DNA of 64,000 nucleotides from Candidatus Woesearchaeota archaeon (GTDB taxonomy: Archaea > Nanobdellota > Nanobdellia > Woesearchaeales > GW2011-AR4). This document shows, one piece after another, positions 38,791 to 49,052 of this stretch. The notes under the pieces are model-generated. The model was not told where the DNA came from. It searched no databases and saw nothing but the letters and a program-made list of their open reading frames with translations. A program made the translations under genes and the position numbers. Numbering within the stretch: position 1 is the first letter of the stretch; each line of letters opens with the position of its first letter. The stretch lies in the NCBI GenBank assembly GCA_016187465.1, contig JACPJQ010000007.1:127818-191817 (forward strand). Reading direction: 5' to 3'.

Positions 38791-38819
38791 TTAGCTTCTG
38801 TTCTAAAAGAACGCTAATC
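38789..38819 (+). promoter_or_regulatory. hairpin overlapping the leader stop codon
   Basis: GATTAGC-ttct-GTTCT-aaa-AGAAC-GCTAATC. Confidence 0.6.
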
Positions 38820-39003
38820 TCATTGTCCTGACATGATAAAAAACTAAACCGATAAAATGATGAAAAACAGCATTAATGAAAAATGGATGTATGGGTGAGG
38901 TAAAAATCAATGGCAGAAGATTTTTACCGAGCGCAAATTAATGTTCCGAAGGAACCGATTGAAAATATGATTTAATCAAAAATATTATGGCAAAGGTGGG
39001 AAA

Positions 39004-40017
39004 ATGATTGTGGTGATGAAAAAAAACGCAACAGAGCATCAGATAGAAAAAGTTGTTGAAAAAATAAAGGAAAGCGGGCTAAAGGCGCACTTGTCAAAAG
39101 GAGAGATTGTGACAATAATCGGAATTATAGGCGATGAAAGGAAAGTCCCTGAATCGCAGATAAGGGCGATTGAAGGCGTGGAAAAGCTGATGCCCATTCT
39201 GGCTCCTTACAAGCTGGCAAGCAGGGACTTTAAGCCCGACAACACCGTTATAAGCGTTGACGGAGTCAAAATAGGCTCAAATGAAGTTGTCATTATGGCA
39301 GGGCCATGCTCTGTTGAAAGCAAAGAGCAGATTATAGAAACAGCAAAAGCAATTAAAAAGGCAGGCGCGCATATACTGAGAGGAGGAGCTTTCAAGCCAA
39401 GGACATCCCCATATTCCTTTCAGGGCTTGGGAGAGGAAGGCCTGAAATTCCTGAAAGAAGCAAAGGAAGAAACCGGAATGCCAATAATAACAGAGGTTAT
39501 GGACACAAGGAATGTTGCCTTAGTTTGCAAATACGCTGACATTCTCCAGATAGGGGCAAGAAACATGCAGAACTATGACCTGCTGAAAGAAGTTGGAAAA
39601 TGCAAGCACCCTGTTTTGCTGAAAAGAGGCATGTCAGCAACAATAAATGAATGGCTGATGAGCGCGGAATACATAATGGCTGAAGGCAACCATAACGTCA
39701 TTTTATGCGAAAGGGGAATAAGGACATTTGAAACTGCCACAAGAAATACTCTTGATCTTAATGCAGTGCCTGCTGTCAAGGAATTAACTCATTTGCCTGT
39801 TGTTGTTGACCCCAGCCACGGCACAGGCAGGTACACTTTAGTAAGCCCAATGAGCAAGGCTGCTGTTGCTGCAGGAGCAGACGGCCTGATTATAGAGGTC
39901 CATACAAATCCGGAAAAATCTGTCAGCGATGCAGACCAGACAATAAGCGTCAGTAGATTTGAGAAGTTGATGAATGAATTAAGATTAATAGCGAATGTCA
40001 TAGGAAGAAAAGTATAG
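39004..40017 (+). CDS. aroF: DAHP synthase, type I-beta with N-terminal regulatory domain
   Basis: [36 protein letters not shown]; N-terminal ferredoxin-like domain. Confidence 0.95.
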   Translation: MIVVMKKNATEHQIEKVVEKIKESGLKAHLSKGEIVTIIGIIGDERKVPESQIRAIEGVEKLMPILAPYKLASRDFKPDNTVISVDGVKIGSNEVVIMAGPCSVESKEQIIETAKAIKKAGAHILRGGAFKPRTSPYSFQGLGEEGLKFLKEAKEETGMPIITEVMDTRNVALVCKYADILQIGARNMQNYDLLKEVGKCKHPVLLKRGMSATINEWLMSAEYIMAEGNHNVILCERGIRTFETATRNTLDLNAVPAVKELTHLPVVVDPSHGTGRYTLVSPMSKAAVAAGADGLIIEVHTNPEKSVSDADQTISVSRFEKLMNELRLIANVIGRKV

Positions 40018-40020
40018 AAA

Positions 40021-41109
40021 ATGGAAACTGTTGGGGTTCAATTAAAGGAAGAAACAGATAATTCATACGACATTCTGATAGACGGTGGTTTATTCAATAA
40101 TTTGGCTGCAGAGTTAAAAAACAAGCCCTTAGGAAATGCGTATGCAATAATAACAGATTCCAATGTCGGCAAAATTTACGGGAAAAAATTGGTTAAGAAT
40201 TTTCAAAATAAAAATTTGCATGCGCATTTAATCACTTTTCCTGCAGGAGAAAAAAGCAAGAACAGAAAAATAAAGGAAAAAATAGAGAATGATATGCTCA
40301 AGCTGGCTTTTGGCAGAGACACTTGCGTCATTGCCCTTGGAGGAGGTGTTGCGGGGGACGTTGCTGGTTTTGTGGCAGCAACTTACATGAGAGGAATTCC
40401 ATACATACAAGTTCCAACTAGTCTGCTGGCGATGGTTGACAGCTCGATTGGCGGAAAGGTAGGAGTTGATACAGAATACGCAAAAAATTCCATAGGTGCT
40501 TTTTACCAGCCTAAAAAGGTCATTATAGACTTGAATTTCCTGAAAACCCTGCCAAAAGAGGAGTTGGCAAATGGCTTGGCTGAAATAATAAAGCACGCTT
40601 TGATTAAAAACAAGGACTTTTTCCATTTTCTTGAGAAGAATATTGATGATATGCTTAAACTTGATTTTGAATTGCTAAAAAAAACCATCAAAAAGAGCTG
40701 CGAGATAAAAGCTTCTGTTGTAATGCAAGATGAAAAAGAAAAAGGCATGAGAAGAATCCTCAATTACGGCCATACAATAGGGCATGCTATTGAGTCTGCA
40801 CTGAATTACGGAATAAGCCACGGAAATGCAATTGCAATCGGCATGTCGTACGCCGCAAAGCTGTCCGCAAAACTCGGATTTTTGCATGAAGGCTCTGTGA
40901 TAAGGCAGAATAACCTGCTTGGGCATATTGGATTGCCGCACAGGCTGAGCCATCACAAACTAAAGCCTAAAAAAATTCTGGAATATGCGCAATATGACAA
41001 AAAGATAATAAATGGAAGAATAAATTTTATTTTGCTTAAATCCATAGGTGATGCTTTTATTTCTGACAAAGTAACGATAGACGACATTAAAAAAATCATG
41101 GAAGAATAA
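40021..41109 (+). CDS. aroB: 3-dehydroquinate synthase (bacterial type)
   Basis: [30 protein letters not shown]. Confidence 0.95.
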   Translation: METVGVQLKEETDNSYDILIDGGLFNNLAAELKNKPLGNAYAIITDSNVGKIYGKKLVKNFQNKNLHAHLITFPAGEKSKNRKIKEKIENDMLKLAFGRDTCVIALGGGVAGDVAGFVAATYMRGIPYIQVPTSLLAMVDSSIGGKVGVDTEYAKNSIGAFYQPKKVIIDLNFLKTLPKEELANGLAEIIKHALIKNKDFFHFLEKNIDDMLKLDFELLKKTIKKSCEIKASVVMQDEKEKGMRRILNYGHTIGHAIESALNYGISHGNAIAIGMSYAAKLSAKLGFLHEGSVIRQNNLLGHIGLPHRLSHHKLKPKKILEYAQYDKKIINGRINFILLKSIGDAFISDKVTIDDIKKIMEE

Positions 41110-41111
41110 AA

Positions 41112-42565
41112 ATGCTTGCGGCAGTGATAACGGCAAAGGACATTGAAAATGCTGTTGTGGACATAAAGAAGGCTGATAACGCTGATTTAGTTGAGCTAAG
41201 GCTGGATTATTTGAGAGAAATGGAACTATCAAAATTGAATATGATGGTTAAACGCTGCAAAAAACCCGTTATCGTGACAAACAGAAAAAAGGATGAAGGC
41301 GGATTTTTTAATGGAGATGAAGACGAAAGAATTCAACTGCTGACAAAAGCTCTGGAGTTTGGAGCGGACTACATCGATATTGAATATTCATCGGACAAAA
41401 AACAGCTGAAAAAAATAATCAAAAACAGACAATATACAAAGATGATTGTTTCTTATCATAATTTAAAAGAAACGCCAGATAACATCAGTGTAGTATACAA
41501 AAACATAAAAAAATTAAACCCGGACATAATAAAGATTGTGACAGATGCCAATTCTGTTACTGATAACTTTAAAATTTTTAATTTGATAAAAACGGCAAAT
41601 AAGGAGAAAAAAGGAATAATAGCTTTTTGCACTGGTTCCTATGGGCAATTTAGCAGTACGCCTCAACGGGAAAAGGCAAGGAATCTGCACCAGGGCAGCT
41701 TACAATAGACGAGCTTAACAATATTTACAGAATTAAAAAATTGAATAAAAAAACTAAGATTGCTGGACTAGTAGGCAATCCTGTCGATCATTCATGGTCG
41801 CATGTAATGCACAATGCGGCATTTGACGCGTTAAACATAAATGCTGCTTACTTGAAATTCAAAGTTGATAAACTGGAAGAATTCATTGATTATTTTAGGA
41901 GTTTGAATATTATGGGGTTCAGCGTGACCATTCCACACAAGATGGAAGCGATGAAATATTTAGATAAAATTGACAATAAAGCAAAAAAAATAGGGGCTGT
42001 GAATACCATTGTAGCCAGAAACAATAAATTGATTGGCTGTAACACTGATTGTGATGGAGCAGTCAAGGCATTGAAATCAAAAACGAGTTTAAACAGAAAG
42101 AACGCCGTCATTTTGGGGGCGGGAGGGTCGGCACGGGCACTGGCTTACGGTTTAAGTGAGAATGGCGCTAATGTTACTATTTTAAACAGAACAGCTGAAA
42201 AGGCAAAGTCCATTGCAGAAGATTTTGAATGCGGTTACGGCCCACTAAAAGATTTAAAAAACATTAAATATGACATATTAATTAATACAACGCCTGTTGG
42301 AATGCACCCGAATGCGGATATCTCCCCAATACCTAAAAATCTTATCAATAAAGGCTCTGTTGTCTTTGACATAGTTTTTAACCCTTATAAAACAAAGCTA
42401 TTGGAATTTGCTGAAAAAAACGGCTGCGCTACAATTCATGGAATAGAGATGCTAATCAATGGCAATGCTTTGCAATTTGAATTATGGACCGGAAAGAATG
42501 CCCCTGTTCAATTAATGAGAAAAAAAGTCATGGATTGTATGAAAAATGCTGGCAATAAAAACTAA
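41112..42565 (+). pseudogene. aroDE: type I dehydroquinase-shikimate dehydrogenase (aroD-aroE) fusion, frameshifted near 41656 (real lesion or assembly error)
   Basis: ELRLD and VSYH..KIV (AroD); the SAPGQ motif lies in the downstream frame, continuous with AroE motifs GNPVDHS, SVTIPHK, NTDC and GAGGSAR. Confidence 0.8.
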
Positions 42566-43802
42566 GAAATTTGTGAATGCAACAATTGAAGCCCCTCCGT
42601 CAAAGAGCTACACCCAGAGGGCTTTGGTGATTGCTGCTTTGGCTAAAGGAAAATCTGTAATAAAAAATCCGCTGTTCAGCGACGACACGTATTATATGAT
42701 TCAGGCTTTGAAAAATTTCGGGGTTAAAATATGGAGAAATGGAAGTAATATTGTTATAAATGGTGCAAACGGCATGTTAAAACAGCCCAAAAGCATCATT
42801 TATGTCGGAAATGCCGGCACTGCAATGCGCTTTCTTGCAACTATTGCGGCAGTTTCAGAAGGCGAAACAACAATAACAGGAGACAAAAGGATGCAGCAAA
42901 GGCCAATTCAGGATTTGCTTGACGCTTTGGGCAGTTTGGGAGTCAGATGTGAAAGCAATAAAGGCTTTCCGCCTATAAAAATCTACGGCGGCTCATTTAA
43001 TGGCGGCAGCATAAAACTAAGCGGAGGCACAAGCAGCCAGTATCTTTCGTCTATTTTGATGTGCGCGCCTTACGCAAATAAAAATGTCACGATAAACTTA
43101 AATGGAAAATTGGCATCAGAACCTTACGTGGACATTACTATTGATGCCATGAAAAAATTCGGAGTCAATGCTAAGTGCATCAATCACAAAAAATTCATTG
43201 TAAAAAACAGCAAAAAATACAAAGCAAAAAATTACAAAATTGAAGGTGATGCGACAAATGCAAGCTACTTCTTTGCAGCAGCTGCGGTCACAAAAGGAAA
43301 AATAATGGTAAAGAATATAAATCCCAACTCCAAACAAGGAGATATAAAGTTTGTTGGCGTGCTTAAGAGAATGGGGTGTGGCGTTAAAAGGGGGAAAAAC
43401 TTCATTCAGGTGGAGGGCCATAGCCTTAAGAGCATAGATGTTGACATGAACGAGATGCCGGATATTGTGCCAACTCTGGCTGTGGCAAGCTTGTTCGCTG
43501 ATTCAACAACTGTAATAAGAAACGCGCCAAACTTAAGGCTTAAGGAAACTGACAGGTTAAAGGCACTGGCGTTTGAATTGAGAAAGATAGGCGCCAATGT
43601 CGAGGAGCTGCAGGACGGGCTGAGAATAAAGAGAAGAAGGCTGCAAAAAGCAATAATTGAAACTTATAATGATCATAGAATAGCTATGAGCTTTGCAGTT
43701 GCCGGGCTGGCCATAAATGGCATAAGGATAAAAAACCCTGCCTGCGTAAGCAAATCATTTCCTGACTTTTGGAAAAAATTTAACGAAATGTGCAAAAAAT
43801 GA
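42546..43802 (+). CDS. aroA: EPSP synthase
   Basis: PSKS, GNAGTAMR, SSQYLS, LRLKETDR, DHRIAM. Confidence 0.96.
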   Translation: MLAIKTKKFVNATIEAPPSKSYTQRALVIAALAKGKSVIKNPLFSDDTYYMIQALKNFGVKIWRNGSNIVINGANGMLKQPKSIIYVGNAGTAMRFLATIAAVSEGETTITGDKRMQQRPIQDLLDALGSLGVRCESNKGFPPIKIYGGSFNGGSIKLSGGTSSQYLSSILMCAPYANKNVTINLNGKLASEPYVDITIDAMKKFGVNAKCINHKKFIVKNSKKYKAKNYKIEGDATNASYFFAAAAVTKGKIMVKNINPNSKQGDIKFVGVLKRMGCGVKRGKNFIQVEGHSLKSIDVDMNEMPDIVPTLAVASLFADSTTVIRNAPNLRLKETDRLKALAFELRKIGANVEELQDGLRIKRRRLQKAIIETYNDHRIAMSFAVAGLAINGIRIKNPACVSKSFPDFWKKFNEMCKK

Positions 43803-44308
43803 ACATAGCGCTTATAGGATTCAGGGGAACGGGCAAAACAACTATAGGAAAATTATTGTCGAAAAAACTTGATAAAAAGCTTATTTCCAGCGATGGGGAG
43901 GTAGAAAAAAGAACGAAGATGAGCATAGCAAAATTTGTGAAAAAACATGGATGGGATAGATTCCGGGAGCTGGAATCAGAGGTTATAGAAGGCATGAGTG
44001 ATCTTGACGAATGCGTCTTTGACACAGGCGGCGGCATTATTATGAGAAATGAGAATATAATAAACTTAAAGAAAAACGGATTGATTGTGCTGCTGACAGC
44101 TGACATAAAGGCAATAACAAGCAGGCTGAGAAACAGCAAAAGGCCTGCCCTGACAAAAAGCAGTTATCTTGATGAAATAAAGGATGTCCTGAATGAACGG
44201 GAAGAAAAATACAAAAAAGCAGCCGATTACTCAATTGACACTTCCAGATTATCGCCAGAAGAGGCATGCGACTTAATAACTCATTTTGTTCAGACGGAGC
44301 TTCAGTAA
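43799..44308 (+). CDS. aroK: shikimate kinase (bacterial/NMP-kinase type)
   Basis: GFRGTGKTT, FRELE, TGGG, RP. Confidence 0.92.
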   Translation: MNIALIGFRGTGKTTIGKLLSKKLDKKLISSDGEVEKRTKMSIAKFVKKHGWDRFRELESEVIEGMSDLDECVFDTGGGIIMRNENIINLKKNGLIVLLTADIKAITSRLRNSKRPALTKSSYLDEIKDVLNEREEKYKKAADYSIDTSRLSPEEACDLITHFVQTELQ

Positions 44309-44309
44309 G

Positions 44310-45392
44310 ATGTCAAATACATTTGGAGCATTGTTCAGGATAACAACATGGGGCGAAAGCCATGGAAAAGCAATAGGGGTTGTTTTAGACGGCTGTCCGG
44401 CTGGCCTGAAAATTAGCGAAGAGGATGTGCAACAAGAGCTCGACAAAAGGGCGCCTGGGCAGAGTGAGATTGTGAGCCCGAGAAAAGAGTCTGACAAGGT
44501 TGAAATCCTTTCAGGAATATTTGAAGGCAAAACAACAGGAATGCCGATATCAATGATCATTTACAATAAGGATGCTGATTCCTCAAAATACGAGAAAATA
44601 AAGCATTTGCTGAGGCCAGGCCATGCTGATTTTACATACCAAGTTAAATATGGATTCAGGGACTACAGGGGAGGCGGCAGGAGCTCTGCAAGAGAAACGG
44701 CTGCGAGGGTTGCTGCAGGGGCTGTTGCAAAAAAATTGCTGTCAAGATTTAATATTATAATTACGGCTTATGTAAAGGAAATTGCCGGAATCAAGGCGAA
44801 TAAGGCTGATTACAAAGAGATTTATAAGAATAATGTCAGATGCCCTGACAAAAATGCCGCAAGGAAAATGGAGCAGGCTATTCTAAAAGCGAAAAATGAA
44901 GGAGACTCTGTCGGAGGAGTGTGCGAGGTTGTGGCGCTAAACGTGCCTGCGGGACTTGGCAAGCCGATCTACAACAAGCTTGAAGCCGACCTTGGCACTG
45001 CGATTCTTGGCATTAATGCTGTCAAGGGTGTTGAGTTTGGCGCTGGATTTGGGCTTGCAAAAATGAAAGGTAGTGTTTCAAATGATGAATTTATTATTAA
45101 AAACAATAAGATTGCAACAAAAACAAACAATCATGGCGGCATTCTTGGTGGAATCTCAACCGGAATGCCAATAGTAATGAGAGCTGTTGTAAAGCCTGCA
45201 TCCAGCATTTTGAAAAAGCAAAAGACAATAAATTACAGGACAATGAAGCAGGAAACAATATCTGTTGAAGGCAGGCACGACCCTGCCACCATTGTAAGAT
45301 TTCCGCCAATTGCAGAGGCTATGACTGCAATTGTGATAGCTGACCATATGATAATGGCTGGAAAGATAAGCCCTGACAAATTGATAAAGTGA
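44310..45392 (+). CDS. aroC: chorismate synthase
   Basis: GESHG, RPGHAD, GGGRSSARET, GRHDP. Confidence 0.96.
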   Translation: MSNTFGALFRITTWGESHGKAIGVVLDGCPAGLKISEEDVQQELDKRAPGQSEIVSPRKESDKVEILSGIFEGKTTGMPISMIIYNKDADSSKYEKIKHLLRPGHADFTYQVKYGFRDYRGGGRSSARETAARVAAGAVAKKLLSRFNIIITAYVKEIAGIKANKADYKEIYKNNVRCPDKNAARKMEQAILKAKNEGDSVGGVCEVVALNVPAGLGKPIYNKLEADLGTAILGINAVKGVEFGAGFGLAKMKGSVSNDEFIIKNNKIATKTNNHGGILGGISTGMPIVMRAVVKPASSILKKQKTINYRTMKQETISVEGRHDPATIVRFPPIAEAMTAIVIADHMIMAGKISPDKLIK

Positions 45393-45399
45393 GTTCTTT

Positions 45400-46239
45400 A
45401 TGAAGAAAGTAACAGTCGGAATAATTGGGGGCACCGGGCAGATGGGGAGTTTTTTCAGGAAGTTTTTTGAAAAGAATGATTGCAGAGTTCTAATTGCGTC
45501 AAGAAAAACAAATTTAAGAATTGAGGACTGCGCAAGGCAAAGCGATATTGTTTTGGTGTCTGTTCCGATAGGCGCAACAGTGAATGTTATAAAAAAAATT
45601 TCTCCGCATATAAACAAAAATTCATTATTAATTGATACGACTTCGATAAAAAAAGGCCCTGTGGAAGCCATGCTTCGCTGCTCAAAATCAGAAGTGATTG
45701 GAATGCATCCTGTTTTTGGGCCAAACATAAGCTCCTTAAAAAACCAGACAATTGTGCTTTGCCCTGCAAGAGGAAAAAAATGGCTAAAATGGATAAGGGA
45801 TATTTTTGAAGGGAATGGCGCTTTAATAAAAATATCGACTCCGGAAAAACATGATGAGATGATGTCTGTAATCCAGGGCTTGAATCATTTCAGCACTTTA
45901 AGCGTTGCTCACGCAATGAAGAGCCTTGGAATAAGAGTTGAAGAAAGCCTCCAGTACACAAGCCCGATATACAAATTGAGGATGGCAATGGTCGGAAGAA
46001 TCCTTAATCAGGATTCAAAACTGTATGCAAATATAGAGATACTGAACCCTAAAAACAAAAAGGCATTGGATGCTTATGTAAAATCCTCGAAAAAACTTCA
46101 GAAGATAATTAAGACTAAGAATACTAAAGAGTTTGTAAAGTACTTTGATGAATGCGCAGAATTCTTCGGCGGCTTTAAGAAAGAAGCCGAAAAGCTCAGC
46201 GATTACCTTATAGAGAAAATGGTGGAAAGGGAAAAATGA
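45400..46239 (+). CDS. tyrA: prephenate dehydrogenase
   Basis: GGTGQMG Rossmann motif, DTTSIK, HPVFGP, HDEMM. Confidence 0.92.
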   Translation: MKKVTVGIIGGTGQMGSFFRKFFEKNDCRVLIASRKTNLRIEDCARQSDIVLVSVPIGATVNVIKKISPHINKNSLLIDTTSIKKGPVEAMLRCSKSEVIGMHPVFGPNISSLKNQTIVLCPARGKKWLKWIRDIFEGNGALIKISTPEKHDEMMSVIQGLNHFSTLSVAHAMKSLGIRVEESLQYTSPIYKLRMAMVGRILNQDSKLYANIEILNPKNKKALDAYVKSSKKLQKIIKTKNTKEFVKYFDECAEFFGGFKKEAEKLSDYLIEKMVEREK

Positions 46240-47045
46240 GGATTGCAACTTTGGGTCCGGAGGGCACTTTCAGCCATGAAGCTGCGCTCAAGTATGACGG
46301 TAAAGCTGATTTGGCGTTCGTCAATACAATCAGGGATGTTTTTGATATGGTTTCAAAAGGCAAAGCTGGTTTAGGCATCGTTCCTATAGAGAATTCAATT
46401 GCAGGCACTGTCGGCCAGACTCTTGATTTCCTGATGCAGTTTTGTTTAAAGATAAAAGCTGAAGAGGTGCTTCCCATTAACCATTATCTTGTAGGATTTG
46501 GCGCGATTGGAGATATTAGGCATATATACATACACCCGCAGACGTTTGAGCAGTGCGAGCTGTTCATCAAAAAAAATATGCCTAAAGCTGAGATGATTCA
46601 GACATCGAGCAACGGCAAATCGGCTGAAATGCTTTCAAAATCCAAAGACAAGTCAAAAGCCGCGATAATACCTAAAATAGCCGTTGATTTTTACAAGCTG
46701 AAGGTGCTAAAAAAAGACGTGCAGGACAACAGGTTCAATGTTACAAGGTTTTTTGCAATATCAAAGGACGACGCCAAAAAGACGGGCTATGACAGGACAA
46801 GCATAGCAGTCTATCCGCAGGTTGACAGGCCCGGCCTGCTTCATGAAATGCTCGGTCATTTTGCGAAGAACGGGATAAACCTTACCAAAATCGAGTCAAG
46901 GCCGTCTAAGGGAAAGCTCGGGGATTATATTTTTTACATTGATTTTCAGGGGCATAAATCAGAAAAGAATGTCGCAGATGCATTAAAAAAACTGGAAGAG
47001 TCTGCATTTGTCACGCTGCTTGGCAGCTATCCGAGGAAATACTGA
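46236..47045 (+). CDS. pheA: prephenate dehydratase with ACT domain
   Basis: LGPEGTFS, PIENS, TRF, INLTKIESRP. Confidence 0.95.
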   Translation: MRIATLGPEGTFSHEAALKYDGKADLAFVNTIRDVFDMVSKGKAGLGIVPIENSIAGTVGQTLDFLMQFCLKIKAEEVLPINHYLVGFGAIGDIRHIYIHPQTFEQCELFIKKNMPKAEMIQTSSNGKSAEMLSKSKDKSKAAIIPKIAVDFYKLKVLKKDVQDNRFNVTRFFAISKDDAKKTGYDRTSIAVYPQVDRPGLLHEMLGHFAKNGINLTKIESRPSKGKLGDYIFYIDFQGHKSEKNVADALKKLEESAFVTLLGSYPRKY

Positions 47046-47049
47046 TACA

Positions 47050-48570
47050 ATGGACATAAAAAAACTTGGAGAGAGCCTTAACCCTGTTGAAAGAAAAGTT
47101 CTGAAGGTTCTGGATAATTTCAGCTCTTTCCATGACATAATGAAAGTGACTGGACTGAAGGATGTCGAGGTTGCAAGGGCATTGCAATGGCTCCAGAATA
47201 AGAATATAATTAAGACAAAAGAAGAGCAGAAGGAGATTGTGTCTCTGGATGAAAACGGCATTAAATATCTGAAGTACGGACTGCCGGAAAAAATATTTTT
47301 GCAGGAAATACAGAAGCCTTTGACGCTGTCTGAGATTGCGCAAAAAACAAAGTTAAGCAACGAGGAGGTAACTGTTTCTTTGGGGGTACTAAAATCAAAA
47401 GCTGCCATTGAGATAGAAAAAGGCAAGGATATCATTATTTCTATCACAGATCATGGCAAGCACTTGCTCAAGCACGGCTTTCTTGAGGAGCAGTTCATAA
47501 AAGAGGATTTCCCAAAAGAATTGAGTGTATTGAACGAGGAAGAAAAGTTTGTTGTTGAAAATTTGAGGAAAAGAAAAAAAATTGTTAAGGTTGAAACTGC
47601 AAAAATAATCAATACAGAGCTTACAGAGACTGGCAAAAAATTAATAAAGGAAAAGATTGAAGAAGGCTTGATAGAAAAAGTGTCTCCGGCTTTGCTCAAA
47701 TCAGGCTCATGGAAAGGCAAGAAATTCAGGCGCTTTGATGTAAAAATAAACGTTCCAATGATATTTGGGGGCAGGAAGCAGCATTACAGAAGATTTCTTG
47801 AGGAAGTGAGGCAGAAATTTGTAAGCCTTGGCTTCAAGGAGATGTCTGGACCTTTGGTTGAGAGCGATTTCTGGGACATGGATGCTCTGTTCATGCCGCA
47901 GTTTCATTCTGCAAGGGACATCCATCAAGGGTATTATATAAAAGAGCCAAAATACGCAAAAGATTTGCCAGAAAGCAAGGTGAAGAACGTAAAATCAGCT
48001 CATGAAAATGGGTTTGGCACCGGAAGCAAAGGCTGGCGCTATGATTTTGACGTCAAGAAAACCCACAGGCACATTTTAAGGACGCATGACACTTCAATTT
48101 CAGCAAGAACCCTTGCTTCTGAGGATCTTGAAATCCCGGGAAAATACTTCCAGATAGCAAGATGCTTCAGATATGATGTTGTTGACGCAACTCATCTGCC
48201 TGATTTCAACCAGGTTGGCGGGTTTGTGATAGAGGAAGGGATAAATTTCGGGCATCTGAAAGCCCTGCTGAAGATGTTTGCCAAGGAATTTGCAGGCGCG
48301 GACGAAGTCAAGGTTGTGCCCAGCTATTTCCCATTCACAGAGCCAAGCGCGCAACTGATGGTCAGGCATCCTCAGCTTGGATGGATAGAGCTGGCAGGGG
48401 CTGGGATTTTCAGGCCTGAGCTTGTGAAGCCGCTGGTTGGAAAGGAAGTGCCTGTAATCGCATGGGGTGTCGGGTTGGACAGACTGGCGATGTTCAAGCT
48501 TGGAATAAGCGACATAAGGCAGCTGTTCTCGCATGACTTAGAGTTTCTGAGAAACGCAAAGGTGGTTTGA
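47050..48570 (+). CDS. pheS: phenylalanyl-tRNA synthetase alpha subunit (archaeal type)
   Basis: ALFMPQFHSARD, FRYD..DATH, YFPFTEPS, GIFRPE. Confidence 0.96.
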   Translation: MDIKKLGESLNPVERKVLKVLDNFSSFHDIMKVTGLKDVEVARALQWLQNKNIIKTKEEQKEIVSLDENGIKYLKYGLPEKIFLQEIQKPLTLSEIAQKTKLSNEEVTVSLGVLKSKAAIEIEKGKDIIISITDHGKHLLKHGFLEEQFIKEDFPKELSVLNEEEKFVVENLRKRKKIVKVETAKIINTELTETGKKLIKEKIEEGLIEKVSPALLKSGSWKGKKFRRFDVKINVPMIFGGRKQHYRRFLEEVRQKFVSLGFKEMSGPLVESDFWDMDALFMPQFHSARDIHQGYYIKEPKYAKDLPESKVKNVKSAHENGFGTGSKGWRYDFDVKKTHRHILRTHDTSISARTLASEDLEIPGKYFQIARCFRYDVVDATHLPDFNQVGGFVIEEGINFGHLKALLKMFAKEFAGADEVKVVPSYFPFTEPSAQLMVRHPQLGWIELAGAGIFRPELVKPLVGKEVPVIAWGVGLDRLAMFKLGISDIRQLFSHDLEFLRNAKVV

Positions 48571-48574
48571 TAGA

Positions 48575-49051
48575 ATGGTCACTAAGAAAAACGAAAGACG
48601 AAATTTAATTAAAGAAGAAAGAAAAAAGTATATAAAATTCTGCCCTAAATGCAACTCTATCGATATTTATCAAGACAAATCTACAATGCAATCGCTTGGT
48701 TATCTGCCAACAAAATATATTTGTAACAATTGTGGTTATTCCTCATTTAATTTTCCAGAAATTGACATTAATGAATTAGATAAACTACATCTCCAAAACA
48801 AGCAAGGAGTGAAAGAATCAAAAAATCAATCTGAATTGATAGATACTTCTTATGGTAAATTCTATGTTAAGGTAATGTGGAAAATAGTTGGACCTATTTT
48901 TTTGGTGTTTGGGTTGATTTATATTTACATTACTATAAGCTCTCATTCCTATGAGGGTTTAGATTTGTTAATAGGAATGATAATTGCAATTCTAGGCACT
49001 ATTATGTGTTATATCACTTTTACACAAAAACAAATGATAAGAATGAAATAA
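48575..49051 (+). CDS. AT-rich zinc-ribbon + two-TM hypothetical protein
   Basis: CPKC..CNNC and two C-terminal hydrophobic helices; sits between pheS and pheT. Confidence 0.7.
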   Translation: MVTKKNERRNLIKEERKKYIKFCPKCNSIDIYQDKSTMQSLGYLPTKYICNNCGYSSFNFPEIDINELDKLHLQNKQGVKESKNQSELIDTSYGKFYVKVMWKIVGPIFLVFGLIYIYITISSHSYEGLDLLIGMIIAILGTIMCYITFTQKQMIRMK

Positions 49052-49052
49052 A

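Noticed and set aside
41640-41710. Programmed ribosomal frameshift in aroDE
   Set aside because: No slippery heptamer at the junction, and conserved residues are missing, which favours a deletion
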